Positions 24,522 through 37,590 are shown, counted from the first letter of the stretch. The stretch: 64,000 nucleotides of DNA from Escherichia coli (GCF_003334385.1 NZ_QOWN01000020.1); one strand, 5' to 3'. The notes: generated by a model not told the origin, from the sequence alone. Made by a program: numbers and translations.

Positions 24522-25780
24522 GTTTTGCGACCATTTCTGTTATCGGACTGGGTTATATCGGGCTGCCAACGGCAGCAGCGTTTGCCTCACGGCAAAAACA
24601 GGTAATTGGTGTCGATATCAACCAACATGCGGTTGATACCATCAATCGTGGCGAAATCCATATCGTCGAACCTGATTTGGCGAGTGTAGTAAAAACTGCC
24701 GTAGAAGGCGGTTTTTTACGAGCGAGCACGACGCCAGTTGAAGCGGATGCCTGGCTGATTGCTGTACCCACGCCGTTTAAGGGCGATCATGAGCCAGATA
24801 TGACCTACGTTGAATCGGCTGCTCGCTCCATTGCGCCAGTGCTGAAAAAAGGCGCGCTGGTGATCCTTGAATCCACCTCGCCGGTGGGGTCAACCGAGAA
24901 GATGGCAGAATGGTTAGCAGAGATGCGTCCGGATCTCACTTTCCCGCAGCAGGTGGGCGAGCAGGCGGACGTCAACATTGCTTACTGCCCGGAACGCGTG
25001 TTACCAGGACAGGTAATGGTCGAGCTGATTAAAAACGATCGCGTGATTGGTGGTATGACGCCGGTTTGTTCGGCCCGCGCCAGCGAACTGTACAAAATTT
25101 TCCTCGAAGGTGAGTGTGTCGTCACTAACTCGCGGACGGCGGAAATGTGTAAGCTCACCGAAAACAGCTTCCGCGATGTGAATATCGCTTTTGCTAATGA
25201 ATTGTCGCTGATTTGTGCCGATCAGGGGATTAACGTCTGGGAACTGATTCGCCTGGCGAATCGTCACCCTCGCGTTAATATTCTTCAGCCTGGCCCTGGC
25301 GTGGGCGGTCACTGCATTGCTGTTGATCCGTGGTTTATCGTGGCACAGAACCCCCAGCAGGCGCGGCTTATCCGTACCGCGCGCGAAGTGAACGATCACA
25401 AACCGTTCTGGGTTATCGATCAGGTGAAAGCGGCGGTGGCTGATTGCCTGGCGGCTACCGATAAACGCGCCAGTGAACTGAAAATCGCCTGCTTTGGTCT
25501 GGCGTTTAAACCGAATATTGATGACCTGCGCGAAAGCCCGGCGATGGAAATCGCTGAACTGATCGCCCAGTGGCATAGCGGCGAAACTCTGGTTGTTGAG
25601 CCTAACATCCACCAGTTGCCGAAAAAACTGACCGGGCTTTGTACTCTGGCGCAGCTTGACGAGGCGCTGGCAACGGCAGACGTGCTGGTGATGCTGGTCG
25701 ATCATAGTCAGTTCAAAGTTATCAATGGCGACAATGTCCATCAGCAGTATGTCGTCGATGCCAAAGGAGTCTGGCGCTGA
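24518..25780 (+). CDS. wecC: UDP-N-acetyl-D-mannosamine dehydrogenase
   Basis: 420-aa ORF with N-terminal Rossmann GxGxxG; ATGA overlap with wecB. Confidence 0.9.
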   Translation: MSFATISVIGLGYIGLPTAAAFASRQKQVIGVDINQHAVDTINRGEIHIVEPDLASVVKTAVEGGFLRASTTPVEADAWLIAVPTPFKGDHEPDMTYVESAARSIAPVLKKGALVILESTSPVGSTEKMAEWLAEMRPDLTFPQQVGEQADVNIAYCPERVLPGQVMVELIKNDRVIGGMTPVCSARASELYKIFLEGECVVTNSRTAEMCKLTENSFRDVNIAFANELSLICADQGINVWELIRLANRHPRVNILQPGPGVGGHCIAVDPWFIVAQNPQQARLIRTAREVNDHKPFWVIDQVKAAVADCLAATDKRASELKIACFGLAFKPNIDDLRESPAMEIAELIAQWHSGETLVVEPNIHQLPKKLTGLCTLAQLDEALATADVLVMLVDHSQFKVINGDNVHQQYVVDAKGVWR

Positions 25781-26847
25781 TGAGAAAAATTCTGATAACA
25801 GGTGGTGCCGGGTTTATTGGCTCGGCGCTGGTGCGTTATATCATCAACGAAACGAGCGACGCGGTGGTAGTGGTCGATAAGCTGACCTACGCCGGAAACC
25901 TGATGTCGCTGGCACCGGTCGCGCAAAGCGAGCGCTTTGCCTTTGAGAAAGTTGATATCTGCGATCGGGCAGAACTGGCACGCGTATTCACTGAGCATCA
26001 GCCAGACTGTGTCATGCATCTGGCAGCCGAAAGCCATGTTGACCGTTCTATTGACGGCCCGGCAGCGTTTATTGAAACCAACATTGTCGGGACTTATACA
26101 TTGCTTGAAGCGGCGCGGGCTTACTGGAATGCGCTGACGGAAGATAAAAAATCAGCGTTCCGTTTTCATCATATCTCCACTGACGAAGTATATGGTGACC
26201 TGCACTCGACGGATGATTTCTTCACCGAAACCACGCCGTATGCGCCGAGCAGCCCTTATTCCGCGTCAAAAGCCAGCAGCGACCATCTGGTGCGCGCCTG
26301 GCTGCGGACCTATGGTCTGCCGACGCTTATCACCAACTGCTCGAATAACTACGGCCCTTACCACTTTCCGGAAAAACTGATCCCGCTGATGATCCTCAAC
26401 GCGCTGGCGGGTAAATCGCTGCCGGTATATGGCAACGGGCAGCAAATCCGTGACTGGCTGTATGTGGAAGATCACGCCCGCGCGCTGTATTGCGTGGCGA
26501 CCACCGGGAAAGTCGGTGAAACCTATAATATTGGTGGTCACAACGAGCGTAAGAATCTCGATGTTGTGGAAACCATTTGCGAGCTGCTGGAAGAACTGGC
26601 TCCGAACAAGCCGCACGGCGTGGTGCACTATAGTGAATTGATCACCTTTGTCGCTGACCGTCCGGGGCATGATCTGCGTTATGCCATTGATGCTTCGAAA
26701 ATTGCCCGTGAACTTGGCTGGCTGCCGCAGGAAACCTTTGAAAGTGGAATGCGTAAAACGGTGCAGTGGTATCTGGCTAATGAAAGCTGGTGGAAGCAGG
26801 TGCAGGACGGCAGCTATCAGGGCGAGCGTTTAGGTCTGAAAGGCTAA
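25780..26847 (+). CDS. rffG: dTDP-glucose 4,6-dehydratase
   Basis: 355-aa [14 protein letters not shown]-binding motif. Confidence 0.9.
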   Translation: MRKILITGGAGFIGSALVRYIINETSDAVVVVDKLTYAGNLMSLAPVAQSERFAFEKVDICDRAELARVFTEHQPDCVMHLAAESHVDRSIDGPAAFIETNIVGTYTLLEAARAYWNALTEDKKSAFRFHHISTDEVYGDLHSTDDFFTETTPYAPSSPYSASKASSDHLVRAWLRTYGLPTLITNCSNNYGPYHFPEKLIPLMILNALAGKSLPVYGNGQQIRDWLYVEDHARALYCVATTGKVGETYNIGGHNERKNLDVVETICELLEELAPNKPHGVVHYSELITFVADRPGHDLRYAIDASKIARELGWLPQETFESGMRKTVQWYLANESWWKQVQDGSYQGERLGLKG

Positions 26848-26865
26848 TTTTCAGCGGAGGCAAAC

Positions 26866-27747
26866 ATGAAAGGTATTATCCTGGCGGGCGGTTCCGGCAC
26901 CCGATTGCATCCTATTACGCGCGGCGTATCGAAGCAACTGTTGCCGATTTACGATAAGCCAATGATTTACTATCCGCTGTCGGTGCTGATGCTGGCCGGT
27001 ATCCGCGAAATTCTCATCATCACTACGCCGGAAGATAAAGGTTATTTCCAGCGCCTGCTGGGCGATGGTAGTGAGTTCGGTATCCAGCTGGAATATGCCG
27101 AACAGCCCAGCCCGGACGGTCTGGCGCAGGCCTTTATCATCGGTGAAACCTTCCTTAATGGTGAACCTTCTTGTCTGGTGCTGGGCGATAACATCTTCTT
27201 CGGTCAGGGCTTCAGTCCGAAGCTGCGTCATGTTGCGGCGCGCACCGAAGGGGCGACGGTTTTTGGCTATCAGGTGATGGACCCGGAACGCTTTGGCGTG
27301 GTGGAGTTTGACGACAATTTCCGCGCTATCTCGCTGGAAGAAAAGCCAAAACAGCCGAAGTCAAACTGGGCGGTGACCGGGCTTTATTTCTACGACAGTA
27401 AAGTCGTGGAGTACGCAAAGCAGGTGAAGCCGTCGGAGCGTGGTGAACTGGAGATTACCTCCATCAACCAGATGTACCTCGAGGCGGGCAACCTGACCGT
27501 TGAACTGCTCGGGCGCGGATTTGCCTGGCTGGATACCGGCACTCACGACAGCCTGATTGAAGCCAGCACCTTTGTACAGACGGTGGAAAAACGCCAGGGC
27601 TTTAAGATTGCCTGCCTGGAAGAGATTGCCTGGCGTAACGGCTGGCTCGATGACGAGGGTGTGAAGCGTGCTGCCAGTTCATTAGCGAAAACTGGCTACG
27701 GCCAATATCTGCTGGAGTTACTTCGTGCCCGTCCGCGCCAGTATTGA
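26866..27747 (+). CDS. rffH: Glucose-1-phosphate thymidylyltransferase
   Basis: 293-aa ORF ([14 protein letters not shown]). Confidence 0.9.
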   Translation: MKGIILAGGSGTRLHPITRGVSKQLLPIYDKPMIYYPLSVLMLAGIREILIITTPEDKGYFQRLLGDGSEFGIQLEYAEQPSPDGLAQAFIIGETFLNGEPSCLVLGDNIFFGQGFSPKLRHVAARTEGATVFGYQVMDPERFGVVEFDDNFRAISLEEKPKQPKSNWAVTGLYFYDSKVVEYAKQVKPSERGELEITSINQMYLEAGNLTVELLGRGFAWLDTGTHDSLIEASTFVQTVEKRQGFKIACLEEIAWRNGWLDDEGVKRAASSLAKTGYGQYLLELLRARPRQY

Positions 27748-28399
27748 GCCACTAACCTGGGAAAACGCCTTCTTTGGTGTTAACAGCGCCATCGTGCGCA
27801 TTACGTCTGAAGCACCGCTCCTGACGCCAGACGCGTTAGCGCCGTGGTCACGGGTGCAGGCCAAAATTGCGGCATCAAATACGGGTGAACTGGATGCCCT
27901 GCAACAGTTGGGATTCTCCCTGGTAGAAGGTGAAGTTGATTTGGCGCTACCCGTGAACAATGCCAGTGATAGCGGTGCTTTAGTGGCACAAGAGACCGAT
28001 ATTCCCGCATTACGTCAGTTAGCCAGCGCCGCATTTGCGCAAAGCCGTTTTCGTGCGCCGTGGTATGCGCCTGACGCCAGCAGTCGCTTTTATGCACAGT
28101 GGATTGAAAATGCCGTGCGCGGCACCTTTGATCATCAATGTCTGATTTTACGTGCGGCGTCCGGCGATATTCGCGGCTATGTCTCTTTACGGGAACTCAA
28201 TGCGACAGATGCGCGAATTGGCCTGCTGGCTGGACGCGGTGCAGGTGCTGAGCTGATGCAAACGGCGCTAAACTGGGCGTATGCTCGCGGTAAAACAACT
28301 TTGCGGGTGGCGACCCAAATGGGCAACACCGCCGCGCTTAAACGATACATACAAAGTGGTGCGAATGTAGAAAGCACCGCGTACTGGTTATACAGGTGA
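27725..28399 (+). CDS. wecD: dTDP-fucosamine acetyltransferase (GNAT); start uncertain
   Basis: 224-aa ORF from GTG 27725, overlapping rffH by 23 nt. Confidence 0.8.
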   Translation: MPVRASIEPLTWENAFFGVNSAIVRITSEAPLLTPDALAPWSRVQAKIAASNTGELDALQQLGFSLVEGEVDLALPVNNASDSGALVAQETDIPALRQLASAAFAQSRFRAPWYAPDASSRFYAQWIENAVRGTFDHQCLILRAASGDIRGYVSLRELNATDARIGLLAGRGAGAELMQTALNWAYARGKTTLRVATQMGNTAALKRYIQSGANVESTAYWLYR

Positions 28400-28403
28400 T
28401 CAC

Positions 28404-29534
28404 ATGATTCCATTTAACGCACCGCCGGTGGTGGGAACCGAACTCGACTATATGCAGTCGGCAATGGGTAGCGGCAAACTGTGTGGCGATGGCGGTTTTA
28501 CCCGTCGCTGCCAGCAGTGGCTGGAGCAACGTTTTGGCAGCGCCAAAGTGTTACTGACGCCGTCCTGCACCGCTTCGCTGGAGATGGCGGCGCTGCTGCT
28601 CGATATCCAGCCTGGCGATGAAGTGATCATGCCGAGCTACACCTTTGTCTCCACCGCCAATGCCTTTGTGCTGCGTGGCGCAAAAATCGTTTTTGTGGAT
28701 GTTCGCCCGGACACCATGAACATCGACGAAACGCTGATTGAAGCGGCGATCACCGACAAAACGCGCGTTATCGTGCCGGTCCATTACGCGGGTGTGGCCT
28801 GCGAAATGGACACCATTATGGCGTTGGCGAAAAAGCATAATTTGTTTGTGGTAGAAGATGCCGCTCAGGGCGTGATGTCCACTTACAAAGGGCGTGCACT
28901 GGGAACCATTGGTCATATTGGCTGCTTTAGCTTCCATGAAACCAAAAACTACACGGCGGGCGGTGAAGGCGGCGCGACGCTGATTAACGATAAAGCGTTA
29001 ATCGAACGAGCCGAGATCATCCGTGAAAAGGGCACTAACCGCAGCCAGTTCTTCCGTGGTCAGGTCGATAAATATACCTGGCGCGATATTGGCTCCAGCT
29101 ATTTGATGTCCGATCTGCAAGCTGCATACCTGTGGGCGCAACTGGAAGCAGCGGATCGTATCAACCAGCAACGTCTGGCGCTGTGGCAAAACTACTACGA
29201 TGCGTTAGCGCCTCTGGCGAAAGCCGGGCGTATCGAGCTGCCGTCGATTCCCGATGGCTGCGTGCAGAACGCGCATATGTTCTACATTAAACTGCGGGAT
29301 ATTGATGACCGGAGCGCGTTGATTAACTTTCTGAAAGAAGCGGAAATCATGGCGGTGTTTCATTACATTCCGCTGCACGGTTGCCCTGCGGGGGAACACT
29401 TTGGTGAGTTCCACGGTGAAGATCGCTACACCACCAAAGAGAGCGAGCGCCTGCTGCGCCTGCCGCTGTTCTACAACCTGTCGCCCGTCAATCAGCGTAC
29501 GGTAATTGCGACTTTGTTGAACTACTTTTCCTGA
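28404..29534 (+). CDS. wecE: dTDP-4-keto-6-deoxy-D-glucose aminotransferase (DegT family)
   Basis: 376-aa ORF, PLP-dependent aminotransferase signature. Confidence 0.9.
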   Translation: MIPFNAPPVVGTELDYMQSAMGSGKLCGDGGFTRRCQQWLEQRFGSAKVLLTPSCTASLEMAALLLDIQPGDEVIMPSYTFVSTANAFVLRGAKIVFVDVRPDTMNIDETLIEAAITDKTRVIVPVHYAGVACEMDTIMALAKKHNLFVVEDAAQGVMSTYKGRALGTIGHIGCFSFHETKNYTAGGEGGATLINDKALIERAEIIREKGTNRSQFFRGQVDKYTWRDIGSSYLMSDLQAAYLWAQLEAADRINQQRLALWQNYYDALAPLAKAGRIELPSIPDGCVQNAHMFYIKLRDIDDRSALINFLKEAEIMAVFHYIPLHGCPAGEHFGEFHGEDRYTTKESERLLRLPLFYNLSPVNQRTVIATLLNYFS

Positions 29535-29535
29535 T

Positions 29536-30786
29536 ATGTCGTTGGCAAAAGCGTCCTTGTGGACGGCGGCCAGTACACTGGTCAAGATTGGTGCCGGGTT
29601 ACTGGTCGGTAAGTTGCTGGCGGTGTCATTTGGTCCGGCGGGGCTTGGGCTGGCGGCAAATTTCCGCCAGTTGATTACCGTGCTCGGCGTGCTTGCCGGG
29701 GCTGGCATCTTTAACGGTGTAACCAAATACGTTGCCCAGTACCATGATAATCCGCAACAGCTGCGCCGCGTGGTCGGCACTTCATCAGCGATGGTACTTG
29801 GTTTCTCTACGCTGATGGCGCTGGTTTTTGTGCTGGCAGCTGCGCCAATCAGCCAGGGATTGTTTGGTAATACCGACTATCAGGGGCTGGTGCGTTTAGT
29901 GGCGCTGGTGCAAATGGGGATCGCCTGGGGCAACCTGTTACTGGCGCTGATGAAAGGCTTTCGCGATGCCGCAGGTAATGCGTTATCGCTGATTGTCGGC
30001 AGCTTGATTGGCGTTCTCGCGTACTACGTCAGTTACCGTTTGGGCGGTTATGAAGGGGCGTTGCTGGGTCTGGCGCTGATTCCCGCGCTGGTGGTAATTC
30101 CTGCCGCCATCATGTTGATCAAACGTGGTGTCATCCCGTTAAGCTATCTGAAACCCAGCTGGGATAACGGTCTGGCAGGGCAGTTGAGCAAATTTACGCT
30201 CATGGCGTTGATTACGTCGGTGACCTTGCCTGTTGCTTACATCATGATGCGTAAACTGCTGGCGGCGCAGTATAGCTGGGATGAGGTGGGGATCTGGCAA
30301 GGGGTGAGCAGTATTTCCGATGCCTACCTGCAATTTATTACGGCATCGTTCAGCGTATATTTGCTGCCCACGTTGTCGCGGCTAACGGAAAAGCGCGATA
30401 TCACCCGGGAAGTGGTTAAATCGCTGAAATTCGTCTTACCGGCAGTGGCGGCGGCGAGTTTTACCGTCTGGCTGCTGCGTGATTTTGCTATCTGGCTGCT
30501 GTTGTCGAATAAATTTACCGCTATGCGCGATCTCTTTGCCTGGCAGTTAGTGGGTGATGTGTTAAAAGTGGGCGCTTATGTCTTTGGTTATCTGGTGATC
30601 GCCAAAGCGTCACTGCGGTTTTATATTCTGGCGGAAGTCAGCCAGTTCACTTTATTGATGGTATTTGCCCACTGGCTAATCCCTGCGCATGGTGCACTGG
30701 GCGCGGCGCAGGCATATATGGCAACTTATATCGTCTATTTTTCTCTTTGTTGTGGCGTGTTTTTACTCTGGCGTAGGCGGGCATGA
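29536..30786 (+). CDS. wzxE: ECA lipid III flippase
   Basis: 416-aa polytopic membrane ORF. Confidence 0.9.
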   Translation: MSLAKASLWTAASTLVKIGAGLLVGKLLAVSFGPAGLGLAANFRQLITVLGVLAGAGIFNGVTKYVAQYHDNPQQLRRVVGTSSAMVLGFSTLMALVFVLAAAPISQGLFGNTDYQGLVRLVALVQMGIAWGNLLLALMKGFRDAAGNALSLIVGSLIGVLAYYVSYRLGGYEGALLGLALIPALVVIPAAIMLIKRGVIPLSYLKPSWDNGLAGQLSKFTLMALITSVTLPVAYIMMRKLLAAQYSWDEVGIWQGVSSISDAYLQFITASFSVYLLPTLSRLTEKRDITREVVKSLKFVLPAVAAASFTVWLLRDFAIWLLLSNKFTAMRDLFAWQLVGDVLKVGAYVFGYLVIAKASLRFYILAEVSQFTLLMVFAHWLIPAHGALGAAQAYMATYIVYFSLCCGVFLLWRRRA

Positions 30787-31862
30787 CTGTACTGATTCAC
30801 GTACTGGGATCGGATATCCCTCACCATAACCGAACCGTTTTGCGGTTTTTCAATGACGCGCTGGCCGCGACGAGCGAGCACGCGCGCGAGTTTATGGTTG
30901 TTGGCAAGGACGACGGCTTAAGTGATAGCTGTCCGGCGCTTTCTGTGCAATTTTTCCCTGGGAAAAAATCGCTGGCGGAAGCGGTCATCGCGAAAGCAAA
31001 AGCTAACCGTCAGCAGCGTTTTTTCTTCCACGGTCAGTTCAATCCCACACTGTGGCTGGCTCTGCTGAGTGGTGGCATTAAGCCCAGCCAGTTTTTCTGG
31101 CATATCTGGGGGGCAGACCTGTATGAGCTTTCCAGTGGCTTGAGATATAAGCTTTTTTACCCACTACGTCGCCTGGCGCAAAAGCGAGTCGGCTGTGTAT
31201 TTGCCACCCGCGGCGATTTGAGCTTTTTTGCCAAAACGCACCCAAAGGTGCGGGGCGAACTGCTGTACTTCCCGACGCGGATGGACCCTTCGCTCAATAC
31301 GATGGCGAACGATCGGCAACGTGAAGGGAAAATGACCATTCTGGTGGGGAACTCCGGCGACCGCAGCAATGAGCATATTGCTGCCTTGCGCGCCGTTCAT
31401 CAGCAATTTGGCGATACGGTAAAAGTGGTGGTGCCGATGGGATATCCGCCTAATAACGAAGCGTACATTGAGGAAGTTCGTCAGGCGGGGCTGGAGTTAT
31501 TCAGCGAAGAAAATCTACAAATTCTGAGCGAAAAACTGGAATTTGACGCCTATCTGGCGCTACTTCGTCAGTGCGATCTTGGTTACTTTATTTTTGCCCG
31601 CCAGCAGGGCATTGGTACGCTGTGCTTACTGATTCAGGCGGGCATTCCTTGTGTGCTTAACCGGGAAAATCCGTTCTGGCAGGATATGACGGAACAACAT
31701 TTGCCGGTGCTGTTTACTACCGACGATCTCAACGAGGATATTGTGCGTGAAGCGCAGCGCCAGTTGGCGTCGGTGGATAAAAACACCATTGCCTTCTTTA
31801 GCCCTAACTATCTACAAGGCTGGCAGCGGGCGTTGGCGATTGCCGCCGGGGAGGTCGCATGA
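30783..31862 (+). CDS. wecF: TDP-Fuc4NAc:lipid II Fuc4NAc transferase
   Basis: 359-aa ORF; ATGA overlap with wzxE. Confidence 0.85.
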   Translation: MTVLIHVLGSDIPHHNRTVLRFFNDALAATSEHAREFMVVGKDDGLSDSCPALSVQFFPGKKSLAEAVIAKAKANRQQRFFFHGQFNPTLWLALLSGGIKPSQFFWHIWGADLYELSSGLRYKLFYPLRRLAQKRVGCVFATRGDLSFFAKTHPKVRGELLYFPTRMDPSLNTMANDRQREGKMTILVGNSGDRSNEHIAALRAVHQQFGDTVKVVVPMGYPPNNEAYIEEVRQAGLELFSEENLQILSEKLEFDAYLALLRQCDLGYFIFARQQGIGTLCLLIQAGIPCVLNRENPFWQDMTEQHLPVLFTTDDLNEDIVREAQRQLASVDKNTIAFFSPNYLQGWQRALAIAAGEVA

Positions 31863-33211
31863 GTCTGCTGCAATTCAGTGGCCTGTTTGTTGTCTGGCTG
31901 CTCTGCACGCTGTTTATTGCCACGCTGACCTGGTTTGAGTTTCGCCGTGTGCGCTTTAACTTCAATGTCTTCTTTTCATTGCTGTTTTTGCTCACCTTTT
32001 TCTTCGGCTTCCCGCTGACCAGCGTGCTGGTATTTCGCTTTGATGTTGGTGTCGCGCCGCCAGAAATCTTGTTGCAGGCGTTGCTTTCTGCGGGCTGCTT
32101 CTACGCGGTTTACTATGTCACCTACAAAACCCGCCTACGCAAACGCGTTGCTGATGTACCGCGCCGTCCGCTGTTTACCATGAACCGCGTGGAGACCAAT
32201 CTTACGTGGGTGATCCTGATGGGTATCGCGCTGGTAAGCGTCGGCATCTTCTTCATGCACAACGGCTTTTTGCTGTTCCGGCTTAACTCCTACAGTCAGA
32301 TCTTTTCCAGTGAAGTCTCCGGCGTGGCGTTAAAACGCTTCTTTTACTTTTTCATCCCGGCGATGCTGGTGGTCTACTTTCTGCGCCAGGACAGCAAAGC
32401 GTGGCTGTTTTTCCTCGTCAGCACGGTCGCCTTTGGCTTGCTGACTTATATGATTGTCGGCGGCACTCGCGCCAATATCATCATCGCATTCGCTATCTTC
32501 CTGTTTATTGGCATTATTCGCGGCTGGATTTCGTTGTGGATGCTGGCGGCGGCGGGCGTGCTGGGGATTGTTGGCATGTTCTGGCTGGCACTAAAACGCT
32601 ATGGAATGAATGTGAGCGGCGATGAAGCGTTCTATACGTTTCTCTATCTCACTCGCGACACCTTCTCGCCGTGGGAGAATCTGGCGTTGCTGTTGCAGAA
32701 CTACGACAACATCGACTTCCAGGGCCTGGCTCCAATTGTCCGCGATTTCTATGTCTTTATCCCTTCCTGGCTGTGGCCGGGTCGCCCGAGTATGGTGCTG
32801 AACTCAGCCAACTACTTTACCTGGGAAGTGCTGAATAACCACTCCGGACTGGCGATCTCGCCTACGCTTATAGGCTCACTGGTGGTGATGGGCGGCGCGT
32901 TGTTCATCCCGCTCGGGGCGATCGTGGTTGGTCTGATCATCAAATGGTTCGACTGGCTGTATGAGCTGGGCAACCGCGAGCCTAATCGCTATAAAGCTGC
33001 GATATTGCACAGTTTCTGCTTTGGGGCGATCTTCAATATGATCGTGCTGGCGCGTGAAGGGCTGGATTCGTTTGTCTCACGCGTGGTCTTTTTTATCGTG
33101 GTCTTCGGCGCATGTCTGATGATCGCAAAACTGTTGTACTGGCTTTTTGAAAGCGCCGGACTCATTCATAAACGTACAAAATCATCGCTCCGGACGCAGG
33201 TTGAAGGATAA
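31859..33211 (+). CDS. wzyE: ECA polymerase
   Basis: 450-aa polytopic membrane ORF; ATGA overlap with wecF. Confidence 0.85.
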   Translation: MSLLQFSGLFVVWLLCTLFIATLTWFEFRRVRFNFNVFFSLLFLLTFFFGFPLTSVLVFRFDVGVAPPEILLQALLSAGCFYAVYYVTYKTRLRKRVADVPRRPLFTMNRVETNLTWVILMGIALVSVGIFFMHNGFLLFRLNSYSQIFSSEVSGVALKRFFYFFIPAMLVVYFLRQDSKAWLFFLVSTVAFGLLTYMIVGGTRANIIIAFAIFLFIGIIRGWISLWMLAAAGVLGIVGMFWLALKRYGMNVSGDEAFYTFLYLTRDTFSPWENLALLLQNYDNIDFQGLAPIVRDFYVFIPSWLWPGRPSMVLNSANYFTWEVLNNHSGLAISPTLIGSLVVMGGALFIPLGAIVVGLIIKWFDWLYELGNREPNRYKAAILHSFCFGAIFNMIVLAREGLDSFVSRVVFFIVVFGACLMIAKLLYWLFESAGLIHKRTKSSLRTQVEG

Positions 33212-33213
33212 CA

Positions 33214-33954
33214 ATGAATAACAACACCACGGCACCAACCTATACGCTGCGTGGCTTACAGTTGATTGGTTGGCGTGATATGCAGCACGCCCTCGATTAT
33301 CTGTTTGCTGACGGGCAGCTTAAGCAGGGAACGCTGGTTGCCATTAATGCTGAAAAAATGCTGACTATTGAAGATAACGCCGAGGTCAGGGAGTTAATTA
33401 ACGCTGCCGAATTTAAATATGCGGATGGCATCAGCGTTGTACGTTCAGTACGTAAAAAGTACCCGCAGGCGCAGGTTTCCCGCGTTGCCGGTGCCGATCT
33501 CTGGGAAGAGCTGATGGCGCGCGCAGGCAAAGAAGGGACGCCGGTATTTCTTGTGGGCGGTAAACCTGAAGTGCTGGCGCAAACTGAAGCTAAACTGCGC
33601 AACCAGTGGAATGTGAATATCGTTGGCAGTCAGGATGGTTATTTTAAACCCGAGCAGCGTCAGGCGCTGTTTGAACGCATTCATGCCAGCGGTGCGCAAA
33701 TCGTCACCGTTGCGATGGGATCGCCAAAGCAGGAGATCATCATGCGCGACTGCCGTCTGGTACATCCAGATGCGCTGTATATGGGCGTTGGCGGGACTTA
33801 CGATGTTTTCACCGGTCACGTAAAACGCGCACCGAAAATCTGGCAAACGCTGGGGCTGGAGTGGCTCTACCGCCTGCTTTCGCAGCCGAGCCGCATTAAG
33901 CGTCAGCTTCGTTTGCTGCGTTATTTACGCTGGCACTACACCGGCAACCTATGA
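33214..33954 (+). CDS. wecG: UDP-ManNAcA transferase
   Basis: 246-aa ORF, last gene of the ECA cluster. Confidence 0.9.
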   Translation: MNNNTTAPTYTLRGLQLIGWRDMQHALDYLFADGQLKQGTLVAINAEKMLTIEDNAEVRELINAAEFKYADGISVVRSVRKKYPQAQVSRVAGADLWEELMARAGKEGTPVFLVGGKPEVLAQTEAKLRNQWNVNIVGSQDGYFKPEQRQALFERIHASGAQIVTVAMGSPKQEIIMRDCRLVHPDALYMGVGGTYDVFTGHVKRAPKIWQTLGLEWLYRLLSQPSRIKRQLRLLRYLRWHYTGNL

Positions 33955-33972
33955 TTTTCCTCTCTTTGTAAA

Positions 33973-34010
33973 GCGACGGAGTGGTCACTCCGTCGCCTGT
34001 CTGCTTTTTT
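33973..34010 (+). terminator. Terminator-like hairpin after wecG
   Basis: CGACGGAGTG-GT-CACTCCGTCG hairpin followed by CTGCTTTTTT. Confidence 0.55.
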
Positions 34011-34144
34011 ATTACACAAAGCATTCAAATTTTTAATGCTTTATTTGCCATTTCTCCTGAATTACGAAAACATTTGCAACACTCGATGTACCCATAACGA
34101 TAACCGGTAACACCGGAAAGCATGCAAACACAACACGAGGATTT

Positions 34145-35530
34145 ATGGCAGATAACAAACCAGAGCTACAGCGTGGGCTGGAAGCTCGACATATCGAACT
34201 CATCGCCCTGGGGGGCACCATTGGCGTCGGCCTGTTTATGGGGGCCGCCAGTACCCTGAAATGGGCCGGGCCATCCGTATTGTTGGCCTATATCATCGCC
34301 GGGCTGTTCGTCTTTTTCATCATGCGTTCAATGGGCGAAATGTTGTTCCTCGAACCGGTTACCGGTTCGTTCGCCGTTTATGCGCATCGTTATATGAGCC
34401 CGTTCTTTGGCTATCTCACCGCCTGGTCTTACTGGTTTATGTGGATGGCGGTGGGGATCTCTGAAATCACCGCCATTGGCGTTTATGTCCAGTTCTGGTT
34501 CCCGGAGATGGCGCAGTGGATACCCGCATTGATCGCAGTGGCGCTGGTGGCGTTGGCGAATCTGGCGGCGGTGCGGTTGTACGGCGAAATCGAGTTCTGG
34601 TTCGCGATGATCAAAGTCACCACGATTATCGTGATGATTGTCATTGGCCTGGGCGTGATTTTCTTTGGCTTTGGCAATGGCGGGCAGTCGATTGGTTTTA
34701 GCAATCTCACAGAGCATGGCGGTTTCTTTGCGGGTGGCTGGAAAGGGTTCCTGACCGCTCTGTGTATTGTGGTGGCGTCCTACCAGGGCGTGGAGCTGAT
34801 TGGCATTACTGCCGGTGAAGCGAAGAATCCGCAGGTGACGCTGCGCAGTGCCGTAGGCAAGGTGCTGTGGCGGATCCTGATTTTCTACGTAGGCGCGATT
34901 TTCGTTATCGTCACCATCTTCCCGTGGAATGAAATAGGCAGCAACGGCAGCCCGTTCGTACTGACTTTTGCCAAAATCGGTATTACCGCAGCGGCGGGCA
35001 TTATCAACTTTGTGGTGCTGACGGCTGCGCTCTCTGGCTGTAACAGCGGCATGTACAGTTGCGGACGTATGCTCTACGCACTGGCGAAAAACCGTCAGTT
35101 ACCGGCGGCAATGGCGAAAGTTTCCCGTCACGGCGTACCGGTTGCGGGTGTGGCAGTATCTATTGCTATTCTGCTAATTGGCTCATGCCTGAACTACATC
35201 ATTCCCAATCCGCAGCGTGTGTTTGTCTACGTCTACAGTGCCAGCGTGCTTCCGGGGATGGTGCCATGGTTTGTGATATTGATAAGCCAGCTGCGTTTTC
35301 GGCGTGCACATAAAGCGGCGATTGCCAGCCATCCGTTCCGCTCAATCCTGTTCCCGTGGGCCAATTACGTAACAATGGCATTCCTGATTTGCGTTTTGAT
35401 CGGCATGTACTTTAATGAAGATACGCGTATGTCGCTGTTTGTTGGCATCATCTTTATGCTGGCGGTGACGGCGATTTATAAAGTTTTTGGCCTTAATCGC
35501 CACGGGAAAGCGCATAAACTGGAGGAATAA
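34145..35530 (+). CDS. yifK: Amino acid permease (APC family)
   Basis: 461-aa ORF with 12 predicted TM segments. Confidence 0.9.
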
Positions 35531-35632
35531 GCAGCAAAACGCACAAACCGTAACCAAACGCGCAATTTATTTAAAAAGGGACTAGACAGAGGGGTGGGAA
35601 GTCCGTATTATCCACCCCCGCAACGGCGCTAA

Positions 35633-35709
<77 letters not shown>

Positions 35710-35766
35710 TTTAGTCCCGGCGCTTGAGCTGCGGTGGTAGTAATACCGCGTAACAAGATTTGTAGT

Positions 35767-35843
35767 GGTGGCTATAGCTCAGTTGGTAGAGCCCTGGATT
35801 GTGATTCCAGTTGTCGTGGGTTCGAATCCCATTAGCCACCCCA
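35767..35843 (+). tRNA. hisR: tRNA-His (anticodon GUG), with extra 5' G
   Basis: GGTGGCTATAGCTCAGTTGG...GCCACCCCA, anticodon loop ATTGTGATT. Confidence 0.95.
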
Positions 35844-35863
35844 TTATTAGAAGTTGTGACAAT

Positions 35864-35950
35864 GCGAAGGTGGCGGAATTGGTAGACGCGCTAGCTTCAG
35901 GTGTTAGTGTCCTTACGGACGTGGGGGTTCAAGTCCCCCCCCTCGCACCA
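35864..35950 (+). tRNA. leuT: tRNA-Leu (anticodon CAG), long variable arm
   Basis: GCGAAGGTGGCGGAATTGG...CCCTCGCACCA, 87 nt. Confidence 0.95.
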
Positions 35951-35992
35951 CGACTTTAAAGAATTGAACTAAAAATTCAAAAAGCAGTATTT

Positions 35993-36069
35993 CGGCGAGT
36001 AGCGCAGCTTGGTAGCGCAACTGGTTTGGGACCAGTGGGTCGGAGGTTCGAATCCTCTCTCGCCGACCA
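35993..36069 (+). tRNA. proM: tRNA-Pro (anticodon UGG)
   Basis: CGGCGAGTAGCGCAGCTTGG...TCGCCGACCA, anticodon loop TTTGGGA. Confidence 0.95.
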
Positions 36070-36074
36070 ATTTT

Positions 36075-36100
36075 GAACCCCGCTTCGGCGGGGTTTTTTG
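36075..36100 (+). terminator. Terminator of the four-tRNA operon
   Basis: GAACCCCGC-TTCG-GCGGGGTT hairpin followed by TTTTTG. Confidence 0.8.
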
Positions 36101-36215
36101 TTTTCTGTGCATTTCGTCACCCTCCCTTCGCAATAAACGCCCGTAATAACTCATTGCCCCACGGTATGATTTCGCCCTTAACGTATTGAAGGATGACTTC
36201 AGGCAAGGAGTGACC

Positions 36216-37451
36216 ATGCTGCAACAGGTTCCAACGCGTGCTTTTCATGTGATGGCGAAACCGAGTGGTTCCGATTGTAATCTGAACTGTGACTACTGTT
36301 TTTATCTCGAAAAACAATCCCTTTACCGCGAAAAGCCAGTCACGCATATGGACGATGACACGCTGGAAGCGTATGTCCGTCACTATATCGCTGCCAGCGA
36401 ACCGCAAAACGAAGTGGCTTTTACCTGGCAGGGCGGCGAACCAACGCTACTCGGGCTGGAGTTTTACCGCCGTGCCGTAGCGCTACAGGCGAAATATGGT
36501 GCTGGCAGGAAGATAAGTAACAGCTTCCAGACTAACGGCGTGCTGCTGGATGACGAATGGTGCGCGTTTCTCGCGGAGCATCATTTTCTTGTTGGTTTAT
36601 CGCTGGATGGCCCGCCTGAGATCCACAATCAATATCGCGTGACTAAAGGTGGCAGACCCACGCATAAGCTGGTGATGCGTGCCCTGACGTTCCTGCAAAA
36701 ACATCATGTCGACTATAACGTGCTGGTCTGCGTTAATCGCACCAGCGCGCAGCAACCGTTGCAGGTATATGATTTTTTGTGCGATGCGGGAGTGGAATTC
36801 ATCCAGTTTATTCCGGTGGTCGAGCGCCTGGCTGATGAAACGGCTGCCCGCGAAGGACTGAAATTGCATGCGCCTGGTGATATTCAGGGTGAGCTAACGG
36901 AATGGTCTGTGCGCCCCGATGAATTTGGTGAATTTCTGGTGGCGATTTTTGACCACTGGATCAAACGCGACGTCGGCAAGATTTTCGTGATGAATATCGA
37001 ATGGGCGTTTGCCAATTTTGTCGGTGCGCCGGGTGCGGTTTGCCATCATCAGCCAACCTGTGGGCGCTCGGTGATTGTTGAGCACAATGGCGACGTTTAC
37101 GCCTGCGATCACTATGTTTATCCGCAATATCGGCTGGGGAATATGCACCAGCAAACAATTGCAGAAATGATCGATTCCCCGCAACAGCAGGTGTTTGGTG
37201 AAGATAAATTTAAGCAGTTACCGGCGCAGTGTCGTAGTTGTAACGTGTTAAAAGCGTGCTGGGGAGGCTGCCCGAAACACCGCTTTATGCTCGATGCCAG
37301 CGGCAAGCCTGGGCTGAATTATTTATGTGCCGGGTATCAGCGTTATTTTCGCCATCTGCCGCCGTATCTTAAAGCAATGTCTGATTTGCTGGCGCATGGC
37401 CGCCCGGCCAGCGACATTATGCATGCGCATTTGCTGGTGGTGAGTAAGTAA
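36216..37451 (+). CDS. aslB: Anaerobic sulfatase-maturating enzyme homologue (radical SAM)
   Basis: ORF track begins 36186; trimmed to ATG 36216 (MLQQVPTRAFHV); CxxxCxxC motif CNLNCDYC. Confidence 0.9.
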   Translation: MLQQVPTRAFHVMAKPSGSDCNLNCDYCFYLEKQSLYREKPVTHMDDDTLEAYVRHYIAASEPQNEVAFTWQGGEPTLLGLEFYRRAVALQAKYGAGRKISNSFQTNGVLLDDEWCAFLAEHHFLVGLSLDGPPEIHNQYRVTKGGRPTHKLVMRALTFLQKHHVDYNVLVCVNRTSAQQPLQVYDFLCDAGVEFIQFIPVVERLADETAAREGLKLHAPGDIQGELTEWSVRPDEFGEFLVAIFDHWIKRDVGKIFVMNIEWAFANFVGAPGAVCHHQPTCGRSVIVEHNGDVYACDHYVYPQYRLGNMHQQTIAEMIDSPQQQVFGEDKFKQLPAQCRSCNVLKACWGGCPKHRFMLDASGKPGLNYLCAGYQRYFRHLPPYLKAMSDLLAHGRPASDIMHAHLLVVSK

Positions 37452-37486
37452 AAAAGCGGCCATTTTGTGGCCGCCTGCGGTTGATT

Positions 37487-37590
<104 letters not shown>

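Noticed and set aside
25001-25741. 246-codon ORF antisense to wecC, and similar long antisense ORFs inside rep (14879..15610), uvrD (52978..53523) and yigB (50947..51609)
   Set aside because: All are fully embedded opposite recognisable genes and have no independent start signals; treated as mirror-frame artefacts.
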